A stretch of 64,000 nt of DNA from a virus (Duplodnaviria > Caudoviricetes). Location of the stretch: IMG/VR virus record IMGVR_UViG_2521172672_000002, positions 6,931-70,930 of that record. One strand, 5' to 3'. The notes under the pieces are model-generated. The model did no database searches and was not told the origin of the DNA. It saw only the letters and a list, made by a program, of their open reading frames with translations. A program made the position numbers and the translations under genes. Positions 36,978-45,920 of the stretch are shown one piece after another (positions within the stretch are counted from its first letter, which is position 1; each line of letters opens with the position of its first letter).

Positions 36978-37400
36978 TCAAAATATTGGGTAAGCCACAG
37001 CAACCTTTATGCCTACGTAAGAGATCACTGCGAGAAGCACAACCCTATTCCGGCATCGGTAATAAAAACCGGTCTTATTGTCAATGCGCTCTAGCATTCT
37101 CAGCGCTGTCGATTCGTCCCGGCCGCCATGCATAGAACAGAGCTCAAGGTACCGAGCATTGCACCGCAACAGATGGATTGTGCTTTCGATCCGTTTGAAT
37201 CCGAGCCAAGCCGACAAGGCTAAAAGGATAAGTGGGGCCAGGCTGAGCGTCGACGCGTTCCAGCCCAGCTTTTCGTACGTTTGAATCTGTGCAAGATAGG
37301 CAAGCCCGGCCAAGGTAGCACCCAGGACAAACTGATCGAAGCTCATGCTCCTGGCCGACGCATCGGACTCCAGATCTTTTATTCGCGAATCGATCACCAT
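36978..37400 (-). CDS. Three-TM membrane moron
   Basis: AGGAG RBS and three hydrophobic segments. Confidence 0.7.
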   Translation of the reverse strand: MVIDSRIKDLESDASARSMSFDQFVLGATLAGLAYLAQIQTYEKLGWNASTLSLAPLILLALSAWLGFKRIESTIHLLRCNARYLELCSMHGGRDESTALRMLERIDNKTGFYYRCRNRVVLLAVISYVGIKVAVAYPIF

Positions 37401-37457
37401 GACACTGCTCCTGGTTTGATAATCAGGCGCAATATAGCTTTCCTCCTCCTGTTCAGC

Positions 37458-37661
37458 CTAACTGCACTGTGAGTCCCTCCACTCGATGCAAGGGTAAGCC
37501 TTCAGGAAGGTGGCTGATGCATCGCAATGATTGCACTTATGCGGATACTTCGGCGGATGTGAGGTCAGCACCATCCCGGTGTAGACCATGCTTCCTACCC
37601 CACAGCTATCGCATGCGTAGACCACCTGATGAGCGTGAACTTGCTTTGTAGTCTCTGGCAT
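37458..37661 (-). CDS. Zinc-ribbon small protein
   Basis: CDSC...HKCNHC; GAGGAGA RBS. Confidence 0.7.
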   Translation of the reverse strand: MPETTKQVHAHQVVYACDSCGVGSMVYTGMVLTSHPPKYPHKCNHCDASATFLKAYPCIEWRDSQCS

Positions 37662-37711
37662 CCCGATCTCCTCGCGCCACGAAACGGCGCCTACCGATTT
37701 TGTGGCGCGGA

Positions 37712-38023
37712 TCAGTTCGACCGCTTGCACAGGTCACAGTCCAGGCGCCGGCAGATCCAGCGCTTGACCCGTGGCCAGTAGGTGATTACGAACATGTGCC
37801 GGATACCGGCTAGGGCCAGAGCGACGTGCATCGTCACGCCGGCAGTGTTCGGGGTAAAGAACATCCGGTCCGACCTGGCCAGGATGGCGTAGCCGCTCAG
37901 GGCGATGACGATGTACAGCATCTTGCCTATCACCCCATCCCTGACCTTGCCGCTCAAGACTGCCCAGGTAGCCCATAGCGCGATGAACCCAGCTGCCAGG
38001 GCGTTGACGTATTCGAGAATCAT
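37712..38023 (-). CDS. Three-TM lysis-associated membrane protein (holin/antiholin-like)
   Basis: Overlaps the holin stop codon; three TM helices. Confidence 0.65.
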   Translation of the reverse strand: MILEYVNALAAGFIALWATWAVLSGKVRDGVIGKMLYIVIALSGYAILARSDRMFFTPNTAGVTMHVALALAGIRHMFVITYWPRVKRWICRRLDCDLCKRSN

Positions 38024-38346
38024 CCGTTTGGCCCTCCGAACTTGGACCTGATGACAGACCAGAGATCAGCGGCCTTGATGGCGCGGGTTACGGCAGCGAT
38101 CAGTGAGCCACCAAAAGTGCCCAGCAGGAACCCGACGCCTGCCACGCTGCGTGGCTCGACGATCCCGAAGTACGCGCTGACCATCCCAGTAAGGTAGTGA
38201 GCGCAAGCCATACCAGTGAGCAGGAAAAGAATCCAGGCCTTGCGGTCGGTGAGGTCGTCTTTGTGCCATCGGGTGGCAACCAGGGCCCCCAATAGGCCCG
38301 CTATTGCCCAGTCGAGCTTATCGAGCAGACGGTGAAAAAACTCCAT
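38020..38346 (-). CDS. Putative holin
   Basis: Three TM helices, charged C-terminus, first gene of the late operon. Confidence 0.75.
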   Translation of the reverse strand: MEFFHRLLDKLDWAIAGLLGALVATRWHKDDLTDRKAWILFLLTGMACAHYLTGMVSAYFGIVEPRSVAGVGFLLGTFGGSLIAAVTRAIKAADLWSVIRSKFGGPNG

Positions 38347-38405
38347 GCGCTCGACTCCGTATGTGCATGTAAAATCCCCTGGCCAACAAAGCTGAGGACA
38401 AGGGA

Positions 38406-38795
38406 ATGAAAAAGTATGTAGCCGCGGTATCGCTCGCAGTGCTAGGCGTGGCTCAAGGTGTGCAAGCAAGCGATTTCACAAGCGTGGAGATCTGCAAGGC
38501 TGCAATTTCCGTGGAAATGAGCCGACCCACCAAAAAGATGAAGACCAGATCGCATGGTGCGGTACCCGAGATCTCTTACAAGCGTCCTGATGGAGACTCT
38601 TTCAGATACCGATGCCAGGTGAGCGACGACACTGTTGTTTGGTCAACGTTCTTGAACGACACCCGCACCTGGGGGCGCTGGCGGAACCGTTATTCTGAGG
38701 GAGATGCAACAACCACCTATTCGGTAGCGGGCGGCCAACTGACAATCCGCAATGATCAGTCTGGCGATAAAACCTTCAGAAAATCAGATTTCTGA
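38406..38795 (+). CDS. Secreted hypothetical protein (moron)
   Basis: Signal peptide; ICKAAI...YKRPDG..FRYRC...GRWR motif. Confidence 0.75.
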   Translation: MKKYVAAVSLAVLGVAQGVQASDFTSVEICKAAISVEMSRPTKKMKTRSHGAVPEISYKRPDGDSFRYRCQVSDDTVVWSTFLNDTRTWGRWRNRYSEGDATTTYSVAGGQLTIRNDQSGDKTFRKSDF

Positions 38796-38896
38796 ATGCC
38801 TGTCCCTGCCTGAGTCAAAACAAGATACTTAGAGCAGGCCCTCTTGAGGCCCTTTGCAGGCAAGAAAAAACCCGGCACTGGGCCGGGCTTAGAAAT

Positions 38897-39034
38897 CTGT
38901 ATGGGTCGAAACTATGAGCGTGAGGGATTCGAACTCTCGCTTCTAAGGGTATAGGCTCGCATCGCCACCCTTCGAACTAGATGCGTCAGCGGTGAACCAT
39001 CTCTGCTAAGCGCTCACAGCTTCGACCCATGCAG
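38897..39034 (-). ncRNA. tRNA-like structured RNA with extended closing stem
   Basis: 24-bp terminal stem (1 mismatch, 2 G-U on the minus strand), D-loop-like AGCAGAGAUGGUU, T-arm GAGAG-UUCGAAU-CCCUC; no canonical anticodon arm or CCA. Confidence 0.6.
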
Positions 39035-39076
39035 ACTATGACATAAAGACCCAGCGCATGGCCGGGCTCTGAATGG

Positions 39077-39266
39077 GTGCAGACGGCAGGAGCTGATCCC
39101 GGCACGGTGGCGATAGGCGTGGACTGGACGCCTCGTTTTGTAGCTGCAGGTGTGCGTACCGCTTTCCACTCGCTCTCCGCACCTGTTCGGCCGATGGATC
39201 TTGATACCAGCCCCGAACAGCTCTCGCTCACCTGATTAGCGCATCAGCCTGCGTATTCATCTGCAT
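39077..39266 (-). ncRNA. C4-like structured RNA, copy 1 (late leader)
   Basis: Closing stem AUGCAGAUG/CGUCUGCAC; AAUACGCAGGCUGAUGCGC and GCCGGGAUCAGCUCCUGC modules shared with 49468-49599. Confidence 0.55.
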
Positions 39267-39304
39267 GGCTGGAAGAGTCGAACATAATACGACCCTCTCA
39301 GGAT

Positions 39305-39341
39305 AAAAAAACCTCAGTCGACCTTCGCCGACTGAGGTTTT
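39305..39341 (-). terminator. Strong terminator upstream of late genes (tR'-like position)
   Basis: AAAACCTCAGTCG/CGACTGAGGTTTT stem with T-runs on both strands. Confidence 0.8.
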
Positions 39342-39361
39342 TGTTGGTTGCGCTGAACTCG

Positions 39362-39625
39362 CTAAACCTTTGGGCTAGAAAACACCCGAATGCTAAGTGC
39401 CGGAAGGTTGTTAACGTACAGGGCCGTTGAAGCATTTGCCAACATTGTCACCATGGAAACACCAATCAATTTAGCCATACGCATACCCCCTTTTGGTCCA
39501 GTTTGCTGATTGTTAGAAGAGATTTTTGTAAGAACGAACCACATGAACAGGACTGGAAGTCCAAAAACTGCGGCCCCCTTCAACGTCAACAACTTCCCCG
39601 CACCGCCCACTCCGAAGAGGAGCAA
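39362..39625 (-). CDS. Possible small hydrophobic protein
   Basis: AT-richer ORF with hydrophobic stretches between the Q-like gene and the terminator; start doubtful. Confidence 0.3.
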   Translation of the reverse strand: MLLFGVGGAGKLLTLKGAAVFGLPVLFMWFVLTKISSNNQQTGPKGGMRMAKLIGVSMVTMLANASTALYVNNLPALSIRVFSSPKV

Positions 39626-39719
39626 CTGGCCCTCAATCCCCTACACACGCAGGAAATACAGGATGGGAGAAATTTACGACATGGCGACATGATATTGCAA
39701 GCCCTTTTGAGGGACTATT

Positions 39720-40403
39720 TTACGCCGCCTCGCTTTCCAGGACCCCTACTGCCTCAAGCATGTGCTGAGCCTCGACCAGCGCCTCGTTCACCAACCCTTC
39801 CAGCGAGCCACGAATGGCCTTGTTCCAGCGCTGGTAGGTGCGCTCTGTCAGCCCCTGGTCGTCCCAGCTGGTCATGTCGTAGTTCGATGCAGCCAGCACG
39901 ATCATATCGCCCGGGCGATCCTCGGCCACTGCCCTGGCGTGCGCATTGGCCCGCTCCACGGCCCGCTGGGCGGCTTGGTTGCGCCATGCCCAGCGATCCT
40001 CGCCCTTGTCGCACTCGCGAAGCTCTGCAGGCTTGGCCTGGACCGCTATGCGCTGCACACCCTTGCGCTGCTCCGGCACGGCCCACACCATCACGGCCTG
40101 CTGGGTGAACCGCTTGGGCGCGGGCGTGGGAACAACTGGTATCAGCGCGCAGATGGCCTGGAGCTTGCGCCCCTTGTGCGTGCTGTACTTGGCCAGCAGC
40201 GCGTGCCAGTGCCTGGGGCTGAGCTGGGCATGCAGCATCTTGTGCACAATGCAGTCGGCCAGCAGCGCCGCGTCTTTGCCGGTGATCTCCCCTTTTAGTT
40301 TGCTGGTCTGCACCCTGGGCTCAACGCTGCAACCGCCTGCGCTGTTGATCGTCTCTGCCGCCAGGGCGCGCACTACTGCGGATACCACGTTCTGATATTT
40401 CAT
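39720..40403 (-). CDS. Late gene antiterminator Q-like protein
   Basis: Last gene of the nin region; C-terminal HTH-like ERTYQRW. Confidence 0.65.
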   Translation of the reverse strand: MKYQNVVSAVVRALAAETINSAGGCSVEPRVQTSKLKGEITGKDAALLADCIVHKMLHAQLSPRHWHALLAKYSTHKGRKLQAICALIPVVPTPAPKRFTQQAVMVWAVPEQRKGVQRIAVQAKPAELRECDKGEDRWAWRNQAAQRAVERANAHARAVAEDRPGDMIVLAASNYDMTSWDDQGLTERTYQRWNKAIRGSLEGLVNEALVEAQHMLEAVGVLESEAA

Positions 40404-41002
40404 GCTGCGGCCCTCCTGAGGTCCTTGAGTTTCTGGCGATAGGCGGCCTTGATGGCCTGCAGGTCTTCGATGGTCAGGCGCTGGGGCTGATGAGGGCCTT
40501 CAAGCCACTCCACCTGGTCGGCACCGATGCGCCCCACCAACCGGATGCGGTACTCGACCGCGTTACCCGACAGGTTCCGGTTGCACTTCACACACTGGCG
40601 GTGGACGTTCAGCGGCTCGAACCGCAGCTCCGGGCAGGCGCCTACCGACCGGTAATGGCCGGCATCCCAGCGGCTGCCGGTGATTAGGTTGTGGTCGCTT
40701 GGGTTCGAATCGCAGCTGATGCACGGCAAGCCGGCGTCGCGCTCGCGGATGTAGGCATTGAACGCGGCCTGCGCCTCGGCCATGTGCTCGCGGCGGGTCT
40801 TCAGCTTCTCCCGGCGCTCCTTGAGGTCTTCCCGGGCCTGCTTGGTGATTGCCTTGGCCGCAACCTTCTGCAGCTTCGGGTCTTTGGCCATGGTCTTCGC
40901 ACAGGCGATGCTGCACACCTTCTGAGTGGTCATGGTTGGCTTGAAGGGCTTGCCGCAACCAGGAGCCTTGCACTTCTTGGGCTTGATCTCGGCTACGCGC
41001 AT
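40400..41002 (-). CDS. ninG: NinG/Rap-like recombination endonuclease
   Basis: AQAAFNAYIRERD..LPCISC, WDAGHYRSVGA.PELRF..LNVHRQCVKCN..LSGN. Confidence 0.92.
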   Translation of the reverse strand: MRVAEIKPKKCKAPGCGKPFKPTMTTQKVCSIACAKTMAKDPKLQKVAAKAITKQAREDLKERREKLKTRREHMAEAQAAFNAYIRERDAGLPCISCDSNPSDHNLITGSRWDAGHYRSVGACPELRFEPLNVHRQCVKCNRNLSGNAVEYRIRLVGRIGADQVEWLEGPHQPQRLTIEDLQAIKAAYRQKLKDLRRAAA

Positions 41003-41304
41003 GGCTCGGCCTCCTTGGCTTTCTGCTGCTCGGCGGTGAAGTCGCGCCCAATAGGTCGCAAGTGGCGAGGCTCGCACAGGCCGAAACCGGCGAAGACGCC
41101 ATCTTCTGTACGGAAGACGACCCCTTCCCCTCTGACTACCCAGCAGTCGACGTCAGAGTGCCGGTAGAGGCTGCCATTGGGCCCGGCATACAGGTCGCCA
41201 TCCTTGACCATGCTGCTCAGCTCGACGACTTTGCCAATGTTCTGGGTCAGCGAATTTGCGCCAACGATGAGCGCCAGGTCGCCAGGCTTGAATTGATGGT
41301 TCAT
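40993..41304 (-). CDS. Phage hypothetical protein
   Basis: FKPGDLALIV...HLRPI; coupled to its neighbours. Confidence 0.7.
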   Translation of the reverse strand: MNHQFKPGDLALIVGANSLTQNIGKVVELSSMVKDGDLYAGPNGSLYRHSDVDCWVVRGEGVVFRTEDGVFAGFGLCEPRHLRPIGRDFTAEQQKAKEAEPCA

Positions 41305-41462
41305 ACCTCGTCACCCCACTTGTAGAACACGCCACCCATGGCAAGCGCTGTACCGAAGATCGTCCAGAAGGCCGGGCTGCTCATGTACACGCCAACCATT
41401 GCCAACTGTGCAGCCAACGCGCCACCCAGCAGCGCAGTGATCGCTGAATACCCAGTCTTCAT
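41301..41462 (-). CDS. Small membrane protein
   Basis: ATGA overlaps on both sides; two TM helices. Confidence 0.5.
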   Translation of the reverse strand: MKTGYSAITALLGGALAAQLAMVGVYMSSPAFWTIFGTALAMGGVFYKWGDEV

Positions 41463-41929
41463 GCCGCCACCTCGCCCACCAGGTCGCCGAAGAACACACC
41501 CCTGGCCGTGAACTCGGCCAGGATGCGGTCGGTGTAGGCCACGCCCTGCGCGCGATTGAACAGGCTGGTCACCGGGAAACCGTCTGGGCCAAACAGCTTG
41601 CACTCGCCCATCATCGCCAGCTTCTCCTCGTACGGTAGGTGGCGCATGACCCGATACCAGGCCTGCTGGAACTCGGCGTCTTCGTTCAGCAGGATCTGCA
41701 CACCGATGTGCAGCTTGCAGTAGCGCCGGGCGTCGGCGGCGTCACCGATCTGGGTCATCTCCGCGATGCGCTTGTAGAACGCAAACCACAGCGCGTTCTG
41801 ATCTAGGGTGCGATCCTTGCCTGGGCGCAGGCTGACCACTACGAATTTCTTGTCGCGGAACATGCTGGTCAGCTTGCTGATGGCCTCGGAGAGCTTTGTG
41901 GTGCTGTTAACGCTGATTCGGTCAGTCAT
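41459..41929 (-). CDS. NinB-like protein
   Basis: RTLDQNALW...IAE motif. Confidence 0.7.
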   Translation of the reverse strand: MTDRISVNSTTKLSEAISKLTSMFRDKKFVVVSLRPGKDRTLDQNALWFAFYKRIAEMTQIGDAADARRYCKLHIGVQILLNEDAEFQQAWYRVMRHLPYEEKLAMMGECKLFGPDGFPVTSLFNRAQGVAYTDRILAEFTARGVFFGDLVGEVAA

Positions 41930-42126
41930 GGCTGTCCTCCCTGAAACATGAGCAGCAGACACAGGACGATGAACGCGATACCCATCACATCGGTCATCCC
42001 CACCACTTCACACTCAGGCCAGATCAACTGCGCCTCACGCAGCGCACCCGCACGGTCCAGGCTCTGCTCCATCAGCACCATCTGGAAGGCCTTGGGGCCT
42101 ACGATTACGGTCCATACACGCTTCAT
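41926..42126 (-). CDS. Phage hypothetical protein
   Basis: Coupled ORF in the nin region. Confidence 0.5.
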   Translation of the reverse strand: MKRVWTVIVGPKAFQMVLMEQSLDRAGALREAQLIWPECEVVGMTDVMGIAFIVLCLLLMFQGGQP

Positions 42127-42557
42127 GGGGTCACCTCAGGCTCGTCTGGGTAAGGCATCCAATGCGTTGGCACAAGATCACCATCCAGTCGCTCAACACC
42201 GTCAGGGCCGTAGCACCATGCGTCTTCGCTGTACTGCTCTTCCTCGCTGTAATCGCCGCTTTCTCGATCTTTGTCTGTCATGAACGTGTCGGCGCAGGTG
42301 AGCTGTCCGCTGATCACGCCGCAATCCTCGCGATAGAACAGAACCTCGACATGCTTGGGGCATGACTCCATCGGCTGCCAGCCGGTAGCGGCACGGGATC
42401 GTTGCCACCACTTCCATGCAAATTGAGCGGCGTCCCCTGCGTATCTCTCGGGGTCGATACGGCTACGTGTTGGCTTACGACCTGGCGGCGGCTCGTCACC
42501 TCGCATCACATCGGCCCAGTACGCCTCGAACTCTTCGCGCATCTTGTTGGTGTCCAT
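42123..42557 (-). CDS. DUF551-like protein
   Basis: WQPMESCPK...VPTHWMPYP. Confidence 0.75.
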   Translation of the reverse strand: MDTNKMREEFEAYWADVMRGDEPPPGRKPTRSRIDPERYAGDAAQFAWKWWQRSRAATGWQPMESCPKHVEVLFYREDCGVISGQLTCADTFMTDKDRESGDYSEEEQYSEDAWCYGPDGVERLDGDLVPTHWMPYPDEPEVTP

Positions 42558-42708
42558 CAGTGCTTCTCCTTGGCCATGGCGTTCAGGCAGGCCTTGCAGG
42601 TAACGCTGCTCCGCTCTGGGGTGAACTGGCTGGCCTTGACCAACCGTCCGCACTTCACTGCGACAAGGCCCATGTAGGCCATGCGGTGCCACATGTGGAT
42701 TCTGTTCA

Positions 42709-43470
42709 TCACACCCCCTCCCCGGCCGGCTGCCCGGCGCGCTTGATGTTCAACTTGGCCAGCAGGTGTGCACGGCATGCGGCAGCACCACTGGGAATTC
42801 GCTGGACTTCCAGCAGCCGCACCTGGCGCTGGGCGGCGTACTCGTCGGCCAGCTCCGCAGCGCCCTTCTGGCTGTCGTGGCCGATGCCGGTGGCGATATC
42901 GCCCAGAGGCTCGCCGGCGACTAGCATGCGAATGGTGATGTCGTAGGCCCGGGCAAAGACCTTCTCGGCCCGCTCCACCTCCATCGACCCCAGGTTCTGC
43001 GCCTCACATTGCAGGGCCGCGTGGCGCACCGCTGCGTGCGTCCAAGCGCGTGACCCTGCCCTGCTGGGGTGGAAGTTCTCCAGCGCCTCTGCCATGGCCC
43101 TCACAAGCGGCGGAATACCCATCTCTTCCGGGGTCGGCTGGCACAGCTTGATGAACTTGCCGCTGCTCGGTGCGAAGTCGGTACCCAGCACCCGGCATTT
43201 CTGGATGCCGAAGCGGATCTGCTCCAGGGTGTTGATGCCCGCTGCCACGAAGGACTTGATCCAGCTGCGCTTGGCAGCCTTCAGCGCGTCATCGTCTGGC
43301 CAAGCCTGCTTCCAGGCAGGGAAGATGGCCTGCAGCTCCTTGAACAGGGCGTTGACGACCTCGGTAGTGCCCGGGTCGAGCTGCTTGGCCGGGGCATGTA
43401 CCTCGGCAGGCAGGTTGCCGGTCTTGGCCATGATCTGCGTCACGCTGCGCAGTTTCTGTTGTGCGCTCAT
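42709..43470 (-). CDS. Replication protein P-like
   Basis: LFKELQAIFPAW, AKRSWI, EQIRFG and FAPSSGKFIKLC. Confidence 0.85.
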   Translation of the reverse strand: MSAQQKLRSVTQIMAKTGNLPAEVHAPAKQLDPGTTEVVNALFKELQAIFPAWKQAWPDDDALKAAKRSWIKSFVAAGINTLEQIRFGIQKCRVLGTDFAPSSGKFIKLCQPTPEEMGIPPLVRAMAEALENFHPSRAGSRAWTHAAVRHAALQCEAQNLGSMEVERAEKVFARAYDITIRMLVAGEPLGDIATGIGHDSQKGAAELADEYAAQRQVRLLEVQRIPSGAAACRAHLLAKLNIKRAGQPAGEGV

Positions 43471-44195
43471 AAGCCCCCCAGGTCATCAGCCCAGCTGGTG
43501 TCGTTGAAGTCGGGGCCGTTGCGGCGCTGGCCCTGCTGGGCACCCGGCAGCACCTTCTCCGGGAACAGGCCGGTCCAGCCGTTGCTGATCGACTGGTTGA
43601 TCACGGCGTCAGGAGCGTGGTGCTTGGCCAGCTGGGCGGCCTGGCGCTCGCAGGAGGTCTTCGTCAACGGCTTACGGATCTCGCGGCGGTGCTGGCACCA
43701 GTCGGCCCAGGCCTGGTCACTGACGTTGGATGGCTTGGCAGTCATCGGGTCGAATTTCGGAGCCTTCTTCTTCGCCGAGGGAGCGGTAGCGACCGTCTGC
43801 TCTACTGGTTCAGTGACTGGTTCAAAAGAGTGACTGGTTCTGGTGCTTTCTGGGCCTACACCCCCTGTAGGCTGTGGGCCTACACCTGTGCTTTCTGGGC
43901 CTACAGGGGTGCTGTTTGGGCCTACAGGTCGGCACAGGGTGATGCGGTAGAGGTTCGAGCTATTTCCCTTCGGCCCTTCGCGGTTCTCGATGCGCACCAA
44001 GCCCTGCATTTCCAGGTGTTTGATGTGCTTGCGAACGGTGCTGCGGTCGATCTCGCACTGGTCCGCGATGTGCTGATAAGACGGCCAGCACTCTCCTTGG
44101 TCGCTCGCGTTGTCGGCCAGCTTAATCAGCACCAGCTTGCGCAGCGGATTGCCGACCTTGGTCTTCATCGCCTTGACCATCAGCTCCATGCTCAT
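43467..44195 (-). CDS. Replication initiator O-like (N-terminal HTH)
   Basis: KLVLIKLADNA...CWPSYQHIA..CE...STV; internal iterons; C-terminal SISNGWTGLF. Confidence 0.9.
   Translation of the reverse strand: MSMELMVKAMKTKVGNPLRKLVLIKLADNASDQGECWPSYQHIADQCEIDRSTVRKHIKHLEMQGLVRIENREGPKGNSSNLYRITLCRPVGPNSTPVGPESTGVGPQPTGGVGPESTRTSHSFEPVTEPVEQTVATAPSAKKKAPKFDPMTAKPSNVSDQAWADWCQHRREIRKPLTKTSCERQAAQLAKHHAPDAVINQSISNGWTGLFPEKVLPGAQQGQRRNGPDFNDTSWADDLGGL
43803..43926. repeat. Replication origin iterons inside O
   Basis: TGGGCCTACA core at 43851, 43875, 43896 and 43917 (spacing 24/21/21), plus 3x ACTGGTTC at ~43803-43840. Confidence 0.85.
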
Positions 44196-44797
44196 TGGGC
44201 GCGCTCCCTGGCCATGACTGCATCAATCTCTGCATCCACGTCGGTGAACTCAGCACCCGGGAACCAGTCTTGGATCAGCCAAATGAAGGTCTGTTTGTTG
44301 CGCAGCCAGGTGTAGCGGTCAGCAGCCTTACGCAGCGCACTCAATTGCTGGTGCTGAGCGAACAGAGCGTCATTCGGCACTAAGCTGTACTCGCGAAACT
44401 CACCGCCCATACGCATGAGCATCGATTGAGCTTCACCGTGGTATTCGTGGCGCTCATTCAGGTCTTCGTCTTGGTCGTGCTCACCATCAACGAAACGTTT
44501 GAGGAGGTTCGCTAGAGCCTCGTTCTCTGCCTTGAGTTGGTCGCGCTCTGCCTTGAACGATGCCGATAGCGATTGCTCTGCCTGGTCAAGACGGACAAAC
44601 CACTCCTCGAACTTCTCCAGTCGCTCGATCTCCGCAACCAGGGCCAGGATGGTCTTCGGCATGGCATGCTGAAGAAAATCCTGAACAGCCTTGACCTCTT
44701 CAGGGGCTGAGCCTACGGCCATCGTGATGTTTACATCGGTCGTGACTGCGTTGGCTGCCTCGGACAGCGCCTTTAATGCTTCCTTGTCGATGCTCAT
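44192..44797 (-). CDS. Ead/Ea22-like protein
   Basis: IDKEALKAL, P.TILALVAEIERL and ADRYTWLR. Confidence 0.7.
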   Translation of the reverse strand: MSIDKEALKALSEAANAVTTDVNITMAVGSAPEEVKAVQDFLQHAMPKTILALVAEIERLEKFEEWFVRLDQAEQSLSASFKAERDQLKAENEALANLLKRFVDGEHDQDEDLNERHEYHGEAQSMLMRMGGEFREYSLVPNDALFAQHQQLSALRKAADRYTWLRNKQTFIWLIQDWFPGAEFTDVDAEIDAVMARERAQ

Positions 44798-45591
44798 GCT
44801 GCACCCCGCACGGCCTTGTCGTGGGTGTGCAGGCCGTCCCAGTTCTTCTTCATGGGCAGGTCGCCGGCCAGGTACAGCTCGTACAGGCGAGTCGCCCCCT
44901 TGCGCAGGAGGATCGGCGTATAGCTGATGAATGGGTCTTTGCCGTGCGGAGTGACTTCGTGCTGGTGCTCGGTCATGTACTTGTCGCGGGCGTAGGCGGC
45001 GACGCGGTAGCGGGTACCGGACTTGCTTTCGTTGTAGAGCCAGTTGCGGCCCTCGAGGAAGTGGCCGACCTGCATCACGTTGACCCCATTCAGGCCCTTG
45101 CAGAACTGGACGTGGCTCATCCCCTCCTTGAACAGGTTCTCCAGGTGGTCGATCTTCTTGGCCTGGGCCTCTACCTGTACAGTGAGCAGGACGCGGGCTT
45201 TCTCCGACTCCAGAGCCATCTGGAGGATTTCCAGCTTGCTCAGGTCGGCTGGCGCCTGCGGAGCAACTTTCGCTTCTAGCTCTTGCCAGCGGTCGATGAC
45301 CCTCGCCCGGTACTCATCGCTGTAGCCGGCCACCACCAGGTGGGTATCGCGCTCAACCAGGTCGTAGACTTCAATTGGGCGCCCGCCTGTGGCTTCACGG
45401 CGGCTTTTACGACTTGATCGCAAAAGGTTTTTTGAGAAAAGGCGCTCAATAGTGGCTACCACATCGTTATGGCGGGCCTCTACCAAGTCAGCGATTTCAC
45501 GCGACGACATAGTGCGCGCCACGAAATCGTGGTTTGCATTTTGTGGCGCGGGGTTGTTGATGGGTTGTAGACTCAGGTTCTGCATGTGCAT
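44794..45591 (-). CDS. Rha-domain / KilAC-type antirepressor
   Basis: TMSSREIADLVE.RH.DV..TI, VVAGYS..YRARVIDRWQELE, C-terminal ANT-like domain. Confidence 0.85.
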   Translation of the reverse strand: MHMQNLSLQPINNPAPQNANHDFVARTMSSREIADLVEARHNDVVATIERLFSKNLLRSSRKSRREATGGRPIEVYDLVERDTHLVVAGYSDEYRARVIDRWQELEAKVAPQAPADLSKLEILQMALESEKARVLLTVQVEAQAKKIDHLENLFKEGMSHVQFCKGLNGVNVMQVGHFLEGRNWLYNESKSGTRYRVAAYARDKYMTEHQHEVTPHGKDPFISYTPILLRKGATRLYELYLAGDLPMKKNWDGLHTHDKAVRGAA

Positions 45592-45689
45592 ATAATTGGT
45601 CTCAGTTATGTGTTGCAGAGAGCCGGGCCGCAATCCCGGCTTTTTTGTGCCTGTAAGAAGCCCGAAAGAGGGCCTCTGTGTTTTCACAA

Positions 45690-45902
45690 TCAGGGAACAT
45701 CGAGGCCCTTTTTGTGCCCTACCAGCCCCAACACCGGGGCCTTGTGTCGCATTTGTCTCAATTGCTCCTGGACCGCGAGTGAGCGACTCATCTCCAAGTA
45801 CTCCTCCGTCGATCTATCCAGGCTCCAGCCAAGGTCGGCAGCCAGCTGTCGAACCTCAGCCTTCACCTCGATCGGCAGCAATTCGAAGGTGGTTTCAGGC
45901 AT
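45690..45902 (-). CDS. Phage hypothetical protein
   Basis: GGAGGG RBS, early-right operon. Confidence 0.65.
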   Translation of the reverse strand: MPETTFELLPIEVKAEVRQLAADLGWSLDRSTEEYLEMSRSLAVQEQLRQMRHKAPVLGLVGHKKGLDVP

Positions 45903-45920
45903 AGGCCCTCCATAGGGGCT

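Noticed and set aside
38915-39016. Canonical tRNA gene
   Set aside because: T-arm is present, but there is no standard anticodon arm, no CCA and an oversized interior; reported as a tRNA-like ncRNA instead
43803-43926. CRISPR-like short repeats
   Set aside because: Spacers are too short, the repeats lie inside the O gene and no cas genes are present; these are iterons
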